64,000 bases of DNA from an uncultured Thermoplasmata archaeon (GTDB lineage Archaea > Thermoplasmatota > Thermoplasmata > Lutacidiplasmatales > UBA184), in assembly GCA_963804525.1 (NCBI GenBank), contig CAWDQO010000006.1, positions 410,500 through 474,499 of the forward strand, written 5' to 3'. The translations under genes were made by a program, and so were the position numbers. The first letter of the stretch is position 1, and every line of letters starts with the position of its first letter. The notes under the pieces are model-generated. The model made no database searches. It was not told the origin of the DNA and was given only the letters and a program-made list of their open reading frames with translations. Positions 23,624 through 31,879 of this stretch are shown here, piece after piece.

Positions 23624-24526
23624 TCAGAACCGACCGAGCAGCTCCGCCCGGGCGGCCGGCGGGAGCGCCGAATCGGCGACGGCCCGCTCCAGGAACGGGC
23701 GGTCGACGCCGCGATGGCGGAGCCAATCGACACCGGCGTCGAGCCGGTCGGGCCGGCCGACCTCGGCCCACCGGACCACGCTCCGCTCCGCCCGGACGAC
23801 CGGAACGCTCCGACCGTGCCATTCGACCCGCTCCGGCGACTCCCGGTGACCCAGGATCGTCCACTCCCCGGCGCGCTCCCACGCGCCGGGCTCCGTGGGG
23901 ACGCCCCACTCCACCCGGAGTCCATTGCGGACCGTCCCGACGAAGGCGCGGGCGGCCAACATCGGGCGGCCGGCCCACTCGGTCGGCGCCGCCGGCTCGG
24001 TGACGTAGTCGCGGAGCGCCTCGGCGACCGCTCCGACCGACGCCGGGGTCGTCCCGAGGTCCGCGTCGTGCGGCGCGACGGGAGCGCCCCGCAGCCACAA
24101 CCCCGCCGACCCGCCGACGTACCACGGGAGCCCCTCGACGGCGTTCAGCCGGTCCACGAGCTCCTCGAACGCCGCGTCCAGGGGGACCGGCACCCCGGAG
24201 TACTCCTGGTCGAGCATCGCGTCCATCACGAACCGGGTCCGGTTGTACGCCGTCCGGACCCGGATCGATTCCTCGACCGGCAGCGTGAACTCCCGATGCC
24301 AGCACGTCCGCCCGCCGACGGGACACATCGTCGGGGACCGCCGCCACCCGAACGGCGCGGGGGTCCCCTTCGGCGGGCCGTTCGCGTCCTGGCCGCCGTC
24401 CTGCGCGTGGTAGACGAACCGGTTCGTCCCGGAGAACCGCTCGACCGTCAGCTGGTGGAGGAACCCCCCGCCGAGGTCCGGCCCGCTGACGAGCTCGAAC
24501 CCGGCGCCCCCCGGTGCCGACGCCAT
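23624..24526 (-). CDS. Putative nucleotidyltransferase-fold protein
   Basis: The internal start MASAPGG is at 24526. YVGGSAGLWLRGAPVAPHDADLG fits the minimal NTase G-S...D-x-D pattern. The rest is unrecognised. Confidence 0.4.
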   Translation of the reverse strand: MASAPGGAGFELVSGPDLGGGFLHQLTVERFSGTNRFVYHAQDGGQDANGPPKGTPAPFGWRRSPTMCPVGGRTCWHREFTLPVEESIRVRTAYNRTRFVMDAMLDQEYSGVPVPLDAAFEELVDRLNAVEGLPWYVGGSAGLWLRGAPVAPHDADLGTTPASVGAVAEALRDYVTEPAAPTEWAGRPMLAARAFVGTVRNGLRVEWGVPTEPGAWERAGEWTILGHRESPERVEWHGRSVPVVRAERSVVRWAEVGRPDRLDAGVDWLRHRGVDRPFLERAVADSALPPAARAELLGRF

Positions 24527-24543
24527 CGGGGGAGGTCCGGAGC

Positions 24544-25667
24544 CTACCCGCCCGACGGCGCGGGGGAGACGGTGACCGAGTGGATCGCCGGGAACCGGTA
24601 CGGGACCTCGGTCCAGTTCTTCGCCCCGTCCGGGGAGACGAACAACTGCCCGGTCGTCGTGCCGAGGTAGATCCCCGCCGGGTCGAGCCAGTCGGAGTCC
24701 ATCGCGTCCCGGTGGGTCCCGAGGTCGCCGGGGAACGGCTTCCCCCGGACCGTGGGCGTGAACTTCCGGGTCCGCTCCGACCATCGGAGGACCTGCAGCT
24801 GGCCACCAACGCCGAGCCGGGACACCGGCTCGAGCGGGGCGAAGAACGCCTCGCCCGGGAGGGCCTTCGCGGCCGTGACCACGAACCCGAAGTCGTGGTC
24901 GAGGACCCTCCCGACCCGCTTCCACGTGTCGGCGGAGTCGTGGCTGACGTGGATCCCGTCGTGGTCCTGCCGGTAGACGGTGGTCGGGTCGGCCGGGTCG
25001 AGGACGATCTTGTGGACGCACTGGCCGACCTCGGGGTTCTTCTCGGGCTGGAAGCTGACCTCGACGCCGACGTTCTTCGGCGTCCAGTGCTCGCCGGAGT
25101 CGTCGGACCGGAAGACGCCCGCGGCGGAGATGCCGGCGTACATCCGTTTCGGCCGCGTCGGGTCGAGGACGATCGAGTGGAGGCACATCCCGCCCGCGCC
25201 GGGGTTCCACCGCGGGCGGGTCCGGTGCTGGTTCAGCCCGTCCACCGCGGTCCAGCTCGCCGCCCGGTCGTCCGAGCGGAACAGCATCCCGGGGTCGACC
25301 CCGAGGAAGAGCGAACCCGGCTCGTTCTCCGGGCCCGGGTGAGGTGCCAGAGATTGACGATCGGGCCGGGCTTCGCGGCCCCCATCTCGTCGTGGTCCCG
25401 GTCCTTCCCGAGGGCCATCATCGGCGGGGCGACCTCGGTCCACCGGACGCCGGCGTCCTTCGACCGGAAGACCCGCGGGCCGAACCAGCCGGAATTCACG
25501 AGCGCGTACACGTACCGGGGTTCCCGCGGGTCGGCGACGACGTGGAAAACGTCGTTGCCGGCGTGGTACGGTCCGCGGACCGACCACTTCCGCCGGTGCT
25601 CGTCGCTCGCGAGCGCGTACGTCCCCTTCCGCGTGCCCACCCAGACCGCCACCTTCGGCTTCGCCAT
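24544..25667 (-). CDS. BNR/sortilin-type beta-propeller ('exo-alpha-sialidase-like') protein with one frame shift near 25345
   Basis: MAKPKVAVWVGTRKGTY...FRSKDAGVRW (ORF 25233..25667) continues as LFRSDDRAASW, VFRSDDSGEHW, VSHDSADTW and VSPDGAKNW (ORF 24544..25587). Confidence 0.65.
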
Positions 25668-25673
25668 GTTCGG

Positions 25674-25943
25674 TTACCCTCCCTGGATCGAATGCAGGAT
25701 GTCGACCGTGTCGTTCGGCGCGAGCGGGGTCGCGAGCGCCGTGCGGCCGTCGAGCGGCTCGCCGTTGACGAACACCTTGACGTAGCGGCGAAGCGCCCCG
25801 GTCTCGTCGCGGAGCCGCCAGCGGACCTTCGGATAGTGGTCCTCGAGCTCCTCCAGCATCGCCCGCACCGTCGGGGCGGTGGTCGTGAGCGCGCGCCGGG
25901 GAATGAACTCCTTCAGCATCGCGTCGAGACGGACGGCGACCAT
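25674..25943 (-). CDS. MoaD/ThiS-family ubiquitin-like small protein (SAMP-like), C-terminal GG
   Basis: 89 aa ending ...VDILHSIQGG. It also contains the typical VFVNGEP core. Confidence 0.7.
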   Translation of the reverse strand: MVAVRLDAMLKEFIPRRALTTTAPTVRAMLEELEDHYPKVRWRLRDETGALRRYVKVFVNGEPLDGRTALATPLAPNDTVDILHSIQGG

Positions 25944-25989
25944 CGGCGTCGTCGCGACGCCCGGGCGGGCGATAAAGGTCTCTTGACCG

Positions 25990-26851
25990 TTACGAAACGG
26001 GCCGGGGAGGAGCGACCGGGGCCGGAAGGACCCCCGTCTTCACCGCGACGAGGCCGTGGGACGACTGGGCGTAGAGGTAGTGACCGTTCGGGAGCGGGCG
26101 CCAGTCGTTCCGCGTGCTGTCGAACGGTTCGCTGCCGACGATGACCTGCTTCGCGTCGGCGAGGTAGGTCATCTGGTAGTACGGGGTGGTCCGGTCGAGG
26201 AGCCCGGTCCCGTGCTCCCCGAGCGACTGGCAGAACGCCCAGAGCTCGTTCGGCCCGCGGGAGAAGATGACGTTGAGCCCGGTGTACGGGCCGCCGTCCG
26301 GCGACCCCTTGTCCCGCCAGACGCGGACGAGGTCGGCGACGGTCCCGTCGAACGCCTCGACCGGGTCGGTCGCCGAGTCGAGGTGGCGGATGAGGAGCCA
26401 GAACAGGACCTCGCTGTCGTTGACCCCCTTGACCATCGACTCGGTACTCCCCGAGGAACGCCCGGGTCTCCCGGGGGAACGGGATCGAGCCGTTGTGGGC
26501 GAACATCGTGCTCCCGTGGAGGAACGGTTGGGAGTTCTCGAGGCCGATGAGCCGCTCCTTCGGCAGTCCCATCGGGTTGCTCGCCTTGCGGAGGTGGGCG
26601 ATGGCGAGCGGGCCGTGCGCGGCCCGGGCCACGGTCCGGAACCGGTCGACCTCCCCGGGGCTCGAGGCCGCGCCGATCCCCTTCTCGACGCGGAGGACCC
26701 GGCGCTCGGTGAACCAGCCGACTCCCCAGCCGTCGGGCTGGGCCTCCTCGTCGGTGACGTGCGCCTGGCGGAGGAGCGCCCGGTCGGTGTCGAGAAGCCA
26801 CGGCTCGGCCGGGGTGACGCCGTTCCCGAGGAGTCCGAACAGTCGACACAT
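25990..26851 (-). CDS. Class II (Ntn, YafJ-type) glutamine amidotransferase with one frame shift near 26440
   Basis: Starts MCRLFGLLG at 26851. HLRKASNPMG...NSQPF, then ORF 25990..26436 (GVNDSEVLFW...). Confidence 0.7.
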
Positions 26852-26971
26852 GGCCGTGTCGGACGAGCGGTCCCCGCCTAGATAAGCCTCCGCGGTCGGG
26901 AGTGGCGCGAGCGCCACCGACCCCGGCAATCCTTTTACGGCCCTCGCGCGCTCGTTCCTAGGGAGGAACGC

Positions 26972-27301
26972 ATGGTCGCAGTCGAGGTCACCCCCGCGGC
27001 GGAAGAGCAGGTCCGCAAGATCATGCAGCGCCAGGGGAAGGACGGGCAGGCGCTCCGGCTGTACGTCCAGGGCGGCGGGTGCTCCGGACTCACGTACGGG
27101 ATGACGTTCGACCATCAGGAGACCGGCGACGAGGTCGCCTTCCTCCACGAGGGGGTCACGGTCGTCGTCGACAAGGCGAGCGCTCCGCTCCTCGAGGGGC
27201 TGAAGGTCGACTACCTCCTCGGCCTCGACCAGTCCGGGTTCAAGATCTTCAACCCGAACGCCAAAGAGACGTGCTCCTGCGGGAAGTCGTTCTCGGCGTG
27301 A
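26972..27301 (+). CDS. HesB/IscA/SufA-family iron-sulfur cluster insertion protein
   Basis: LRLYVQGGGCSGLTYGM and C-terminal ETCSCGKSF. Confidence 0.85.
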   Translation: MVAVEVTPAAEEQVRKIMQRQGKDGQALRLYVQGGGCSGLTYGMTFDHQETGDEVAFLHEGVTVVVDKASAPLLEGLKVDYLLGLDQSGFKIFNPNAKETCSCGKSFSA

Positions 27302-27407
27302 GCCGGAATCGAACGGCGCGCGGGGTCTCCGTCGCGTCGGCGAAACAGGGAGCTCAAATAGCCCCCGCCCCCTCAAGACTTCGGGGTACGCGAGGAGGGC
27401 CCCAGGA

Positions 27408-27830
27408 ATGCAGCTGAAGTTAGAAGTCACGAAGGAAGCCCAAACCCAGGTTCGGGAACTCATCAAGGCGCAGAAGCCCGGCACGGCCGTGCGGGTCTTC
27501 GCCCAGTCGGGCGGGGGCGGCGGCTGTGGGTGCGGCTCGGGCGGCGGGGGATGCGGGTGCGGCAGCGGCGGAGGAGGATCCTCCGGGCCGTCGTACGGTC
27601 TCGCGTTCGACCGGCCCCGCTCGGGCGACGTCGTGGTCCCGGTCGACGGGTTCCAGGTCGTGGTCGACCCGACGAGCGCGTCCGCGCTCGAGGGGGCGAA
27701 GATCGACTTCGTCCAGGAGCTCGACACGAGCGGGTTCACGATCGTTCCGGCCAACGCCCCGCCCGCCTCCCACCCTTCCGAGGGTGGCGGCGGCTGTGGG
27801 TGCGGCGCCGGCGGTTGCGGCTCCTGCTGA
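27408..27830 (+). CDS. Divergent HesB/IscA-like protein with Gly/Cys-rich insertions
   Basis: It shows the IscA-like layout (VRVFAQSGGG...YGLAFD...GFTIV). The Cys sites are expanded to GGGGGCGCGSGGGGCGCGSGGGG and C-terminal GGGGCGCGAGGCGSC. Confidence 0.6.
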   Translation: MQLKLEVTKEAQTQVRELIKAQKPGTAVRVFAQSGGGGGCGCGSGGGGCGCGSGGGGSSGPSYGLAFDRPRSGDVVVPVDGFQVVVDPTSASALEGAKIDFVQELDTSGFTIVPANAPPASHPSEGGGGCGCGAGGCGSC

Positions 27831-27893
27831 GCCCTCCCAACCAACCTATTCCGACCCCTCGGGGTCGGCCGGCCGCCCCTCGGGCCAGGCCGT

Positions 27894-29267
27894 CTACTTC
27901 TCGACCTGCTTCAGCGCCTGGATGAGCTTCCCCACCGTCGCCTGGGCGTCGCCGTAGAGCATCCGCGCGTTGTCCTTGTAGAACAGGTCGTTCTCGATCC
28001 CGGCGAACCCCTTCCCCTGCCCGCGTTTCAGGACGATGACGTTCTTCGCCTGGTCGACGTCGAGGATCGGCATCCCCTGGAGCGGGCTCCCGGCCGGCGG
28101 GCGGCGGGGTTGACGACGTCGTTCGCGCCGATGACGAGGACCACGTCGGCGGTGGGGAACTCCGGGTTGACCTCGTCCCGGTCGAAGAGCCGGTCGGTAC
28201 GGGACCCCCGCCTCGGCGAGGAGGACGTTCATGTGGCCGGGCATCCGCCCGGCGACCGGGTGGATGGCGAACTTGACCGTCACGCCCCGGGCCTCGAGCT
28301 GGTCCATCAGCTCCTTGACCTTCCCCTGGGCCTGGGCGACCGCCATCCCGTACCCGGGGGCGATGATGACCTTCTGCGCGTACGCCATCATCACGGCGAC
28401 GTCGTCGGCCTCGATCGGCTTCATCGACCCCGCGAGGGTGGTCCCGGTCTCCTCGATGGCCCCGAACGCCGAGAAGAGCACGTTCGAGATCGAGCGGTTC
28501 ATCGCCCGCGCCATCACGAGGGTGAGGAGCGAGCCGGCGGCCCCGACGAGCGTCCCCGCGACGACCATCGCGTAGTTGCCGAGCGCGAACCCGTCCATCG
28601 CGACCGCGATCCCCGTGAGGGCGTTGTAGAGCGAGATGACGACCGGCATGTCCGCCCCGCCGATCGGGAGCGTCATGAGGAGCCCGAACCCGAGCGCGAG
28701 GAGGAAGAACGGCAAGAGGAACGTCCCGGAGTATCCGACGACGAGCGCGCCGGCGACGACGGCCGCGCCGAGCACGACGAGGTTCGTCGGCTGCTGGAGC
28801 GGGTAGGTGATCGGGCGCTGGCGCATCCAGCCCTGGAGCTTCAGGAACGCGATGACGCTCCCCGCGAACGAGACGGCCCCGATCAGGCCCCCGGCGACGG
28901 AGAGGCCGCCGGTCGACGGATACCGCGGGCCGGTGAGGAGCTCGACCACGGCGATCCCCGCCGCCGCGCCGCCTCCCATCCCGTTGTAGATCGCGACCAT
29001 CTGCGGCATGTCGGTCATCGCGACCTTCTTCGCCGCGACGAAGCCGAGCGCCCCGCCGATGGCGATCCCGGCGGCGATCCACAGGAGGTTCGACAGCCCC
29101 GGCGTGAAGAACGTCACGATCGTCGCGATCAGCATCGCGACGCCCGCCGCCACGATGCCGCTCCGCGCCGTCGCGGGCGAGCTCATCCTCTGGAGGCCGA
29201 GGACGAAGAAGACGACCGTGAGGAGGTAGACCCCCTCGATCGCGTCGGTGACCGAGAACGAGATCAC
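27894..29267 (-). CDS. pntB: NAD(P) transhydrogenase subunit beta; contains a compensating pair of frame shifts (about 28090-28195)
   Basis: PntB TM domain plus dIII (IIAPGYGMAVAQAQ, FAIHPVAGRMPGHMNVLLAEA). 33 codons read aberrantly in the ORF. The alternate frame gives the canonical YDRLFDRDEVNPEFPTADVVLVIGANDVVNPAA. Confidence 0.85.
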   Translation of the reverse strand: MISFSVTDAIEGVYLLTVVFFVLGLQRMSSPATARSGIVAAGVAMLIATIVTFFTPGLSNLLWIAAGIAIGGALGFVAAKKVAMTDMPQMVAIYNGMGGGAAAGIAVVELLTGPRYPSTGGLSVAGGLIGAVSFAGSVIAFLKLQGWMRQRPITYPLQQPTNLVVLGAAVVAGALVVGYSGTFLLPFFLLALGFGLLMTLPIGGADMPVVISLYNALTGIAVAMDGFALGNYAMVVAGTLVGAAGSLLTLVMARAMNRSISNVLFSAFGAIEETGTTLAGSMKPIEADDVAVMMAYAQKVIIAPGYGMAVAQAQGKVKELMDQLEARGVTVKFAIHPVAGRMPGHMNVLLAEAGVPYRPALRPGRGQPGVPHRRRGPRHRRERRRQPRRPPAGSPLQGMPILDVDQAKNVIVLKRGQGKGFAGIENDLFYKDNARMLYGDAQATVGKLIQALKQVEK

Positions 29268-29566
29268 GGCGGCCCCTGCTTCGCCTTCGAGCGGTCGAAG
29301 ATCTCGAGGATCCGCTCCGTGACGACGTACCCGCCGGTGACGTTCATCGCGCCCATGACCACGGCCACGAACCCGAGGACCTGCTCGGGGAACGTCGTGG
29401 CCGTCCCGAGGGCGAACATCGCGCCGACGAGGACGATCCCGTGGATGAAGTTCGAGCCGCTCATCAGCGGGGTGTGGAGGAGGACCGGCACCCGCCGGAT
29501 CACCTCGTATCCGGTGAACGCGGCGAGGACGGCGACGTAGAGGACGGCCCAGTCGGAGCTGATCAT
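29264..29566 (-). CDS. pntAB: NAD(P) transhydrogenase subunit alpha part 2 (membrane)
   Basis: A 100-aa, 3-TM protein with HTPLMSGSNFIHGIV, overlapping both neighbours by 4 nt. Confidence 0.85.
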   Translation of the reverse strand: MISSDWAVLYVAVLAAFTGYEVIRRVPVLLHTPLMSGSNFIHGIVLVGAMFALGTATTFPEQVLGFVAVVMGAMNVTGGYVVTERILEIFDRSKAKQGPP

Positions 29567-30699
29567 GCGGCCGCTCCGAGCGCGGCCCGGGTCGGCTCGT
29601 GCCGGACCTCGCCGGCCTCGACGAGGGCGCTCGCCTTCAGGATCTCGTCGTCGAATGTCGGAACCCGCTCGCCCTTCGCGTCGATGAGGAGGGTGAGGAA
29701 CGAGGCGAGGTTCTTCGCGTACATCTGGCTCGCGTGGAACGCGAGCTCGCTCGCGATGTTCAGGGGCCCCACGACCTCCACCCCGTGGTCGATGACCGAC
29801 TCGCCGGCCCGGGTCAGTTCGCAGTTGCCACCGGTCTCCGCCGCGAGGTCGACGATGACCGAGCCGGGGCGCATCCGGGCGACCATCTCCTTCGTGACGA
29901 GCCGCGGCGCCTTCTTCCCCGGGATGGCGGCGGTGGTGATCACGATGTCCGCGTCGGCGACCGCCTTCGCGACCATCTCCCCCTCCTGCGCCTTCTCCTC
30001 CGGGGTCAGCTCGCGCGCGTACCCGCCCTGCCCCTCGGCGTTGATCTGGAGCTCGAGGAACTTCGCCCCGAGGCTGCGCACCTGCTCCCCGGCGGCCCGT
30101 CGGACGTCGTACCCCTCCACGACCGCGCCCATCCGGCGCGAGGTCGCGATCGCCATCAGACCGGCCACCCCGGCCCCGAGGATCAGCACCTTCGCCGGCC
30201 GGATTGTCCCAGCGGCCGTCGTCAGCATCGGGAGGAACTTCGCCGACCGCTGCGCCCCGATGAGGGCGGCCCGGTATCCCGCGACCGTTGCCTGGGAGCT
30301 GAGGGCATCCATGCTCTGCGCGCGCGTGATCCGGGGGATCAGCTCGACCGCGAACCCCGTGAGCTTCCCGTCCCGGAGCCCGGCCGCCGCGTCGAGGTTG
30401 CGGCCCGGATTGAGGAACCCGACCACGATCGTCCCGGGGGCGAGGTGCCTCAGTTCGACCGCCGGCGGCGGCTGCACCGTGACGACGATTCCCGCCCCGT
30501 TCAGGGTCTCCGCGCGGTCCCCCACGACGGCGCCCGCGGCGGCGTACGCCTCGTCGAGGTAGTTCGCAGCGGCGCCGGCCGACCGCTCGACCCGGACGGT
30601 CACCCCGCCCTTCGTCAGCTTCTGGACGACCTCAGGAACGAGGGCGACCCGCCGTTCGCCCGGAGCGAGCTCCTTCGGAACGGCCACGACCACGCCCAT
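29563..30699 (-). CDS. pntAA: NAD(P) transhydrogenase subunit alpha part 1 (alanine-dehydrogenase-like dI)
   Basis: ERRVALVPE, ITRAQSMDALSSQATVAGY, VLILGAGVAGLMAI. Confidence 0.85.
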   Translation of the reverse strand: MGVVVAVPKELAPGERRVALVPEVVQKLTKGGVTVRVERSAGAAANYLDEAYAAAGAVVGDRAETLNGAGIVVTVQPPPAVELRHLAPGTIVVGFLNPGRNLDAAAGLRDGKLTGFAVELIPRITRAQSMDALSSQATVAGYRAALIGAQRSAKFLPMLTTAAGTIRPAKVLILGAGVAGLMAIATSRRMGAVVEGYDVRRAAGEQVRSLGAKFLELQINAEGQGGYARELTPEEKAQEGEMVAKAVADADIVITTAAIPGKKAPRLVTKEMVARMRPGSVIVDLAAETGGNCELTRAGESVIDHGVEVVGPLNIASELAFHASQMYAKNLASFLTLLIDAKGERVPTFDDEILKASALVEAGEVRHEPTRAALGAAA

Positions 30700-30812
30700 C
30701 GCGAACCGTCGGCCCCGAACGGGGCAAGATTATAGGATTGACCACCGCCGGGGCGGGCGTCCGAGGGGCTCGGCGGGAACGTCAGATACCCCCGCGGATT
30801 CCCGGGGGGCAG

Positions 30813-31751
30813 ATGGACGTCGCGTGGGTCCTGTGGCCGGTCGCGGCGGGCATGGCGGCAATCATCGCGTGGCTGGTCCGCTGGAGCGGGTCGGCCCGGA
30901 CCGTCGTGGGAGCGGCCTTCGTGCTGTTCCTCCTCGCGATGATGGTCGCGATGTTCCTCGGCGCGCTCGTGCTCGTCGCCTGGCCGGCGTCGAACTCGCT
31001 GGTCCTCGGCCTGTGGGTCGCGGGCGCGACGATGTCGGTGAGCGTGTTCCCGGTGACGGCGCTCGCGCTCCGGGAGGCCCGGGACCAGCTGGCGGCCGGA
31101 GAGTCGTACTCCCCGCGACGGCTCCGGTCCGCCCTCCCCCTGGCGCTCGCCGTCACCGCCCTCGTGCTGGTCGCCGAGCTTCTCATGGGACGGAGCTTCG
31201 CCACCGCCGCCGGGTCGGTCGGGCTCCCGGCCGTCCGAACGTTCCCGAACGGCATCTCCTGGTTCACCTCGACCGTCACCTCCCCCTGGTTCCTGTTCCC
31301 GATGGCTCTCGAGATGGGCCTCGCGGCGTTCTGGGTCGGACGCAGACTCCCCCGCCCGATGCTCGCGCTGCTCCTCTCCCAAGCCGCCGTGATGCTCCTC
31401 TCGCCGCCGGCCCTCGCCGCGCCGGCGTGGGTCGTCGGGAGCGCGGCCGGGTCGAGCGCCGTCATGGCGGCGATCGTGGGGTACCTTCTCGTCCTCGAGT
31501 ACCACGGCCGGTCGCTCCCCCGACCCATTGCCTCCTACGCGGTCCGGGTGATCGGGACATTTGCGCTCATGGGCGCGGGCCTGTTCGTCTGGGTTGTGGA
31601 CGGCTCGGGCGTCGTTTTCGCGGCGGCCGTCGTGGCGCAAACGGCGGTCTTCTTCGGTGCCGTGGTGGTCCCCGAGGCCTACGGCCGGGGCGCGGCCGAG
31701 GCGGCTCCCGAGCCACCCACGCCGGCGGCCCGTTCGGGTACCTCGACCTGA
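30813..31751 (+). CDS. Polytopic membrane protein of unknown function (paralogous to the N-terminal part of the next gene)
   Basis: ATG at 30813. VTSPWFLFPMALEMGLAAFWVGRRLPRPMLALLLSQAAVMLLSPPALAAPAWV aligns with VVSPWFVFPMGLEMGIATALLWPRLSRPLRVILPIQAAVMLLAPTALASPTWL of ORF 31880..33991. Confidence 0.55.
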   Translation: MDVAWVLWPVAAGMAAIIAWLVRWSGSARTVVGAAFVLFLLAMMVAMFLGALVLVAWPASNSLVLGLWVAGATMSVSVFPVTALALREARDQLAAGESYSPRRLRSALPLALAVTALVLVAELLMGRSFATAAGSVGLPAVRTFPNGISWFTSTVTSPWFLFPMALEMGLAAFWVGRRLPRPMLALLLSQAAVMLLSPPALAAPAWVVGSAAGSSAVMAAIVGYLLVLEYHGRSLPRPIASYAVRVIGTFALMGAGLFVWVVDGSGVVFAAAVVAQTAVFFGAVVVPEAYGRGAAEAAPEPPTPAARSGTST

Positions 31752-31879
31752 CCGGACCGTCGGACCGAGGCGGCGGGACCGCACCGCGGGAGCTACGACG
31801 GCTGTAGTAAGCACCGGGGAGTCATGAAGCCCGAACGCTCGATCCCAACGGACCCGGCTCGGGTCCGGGGGAGGTCGGA

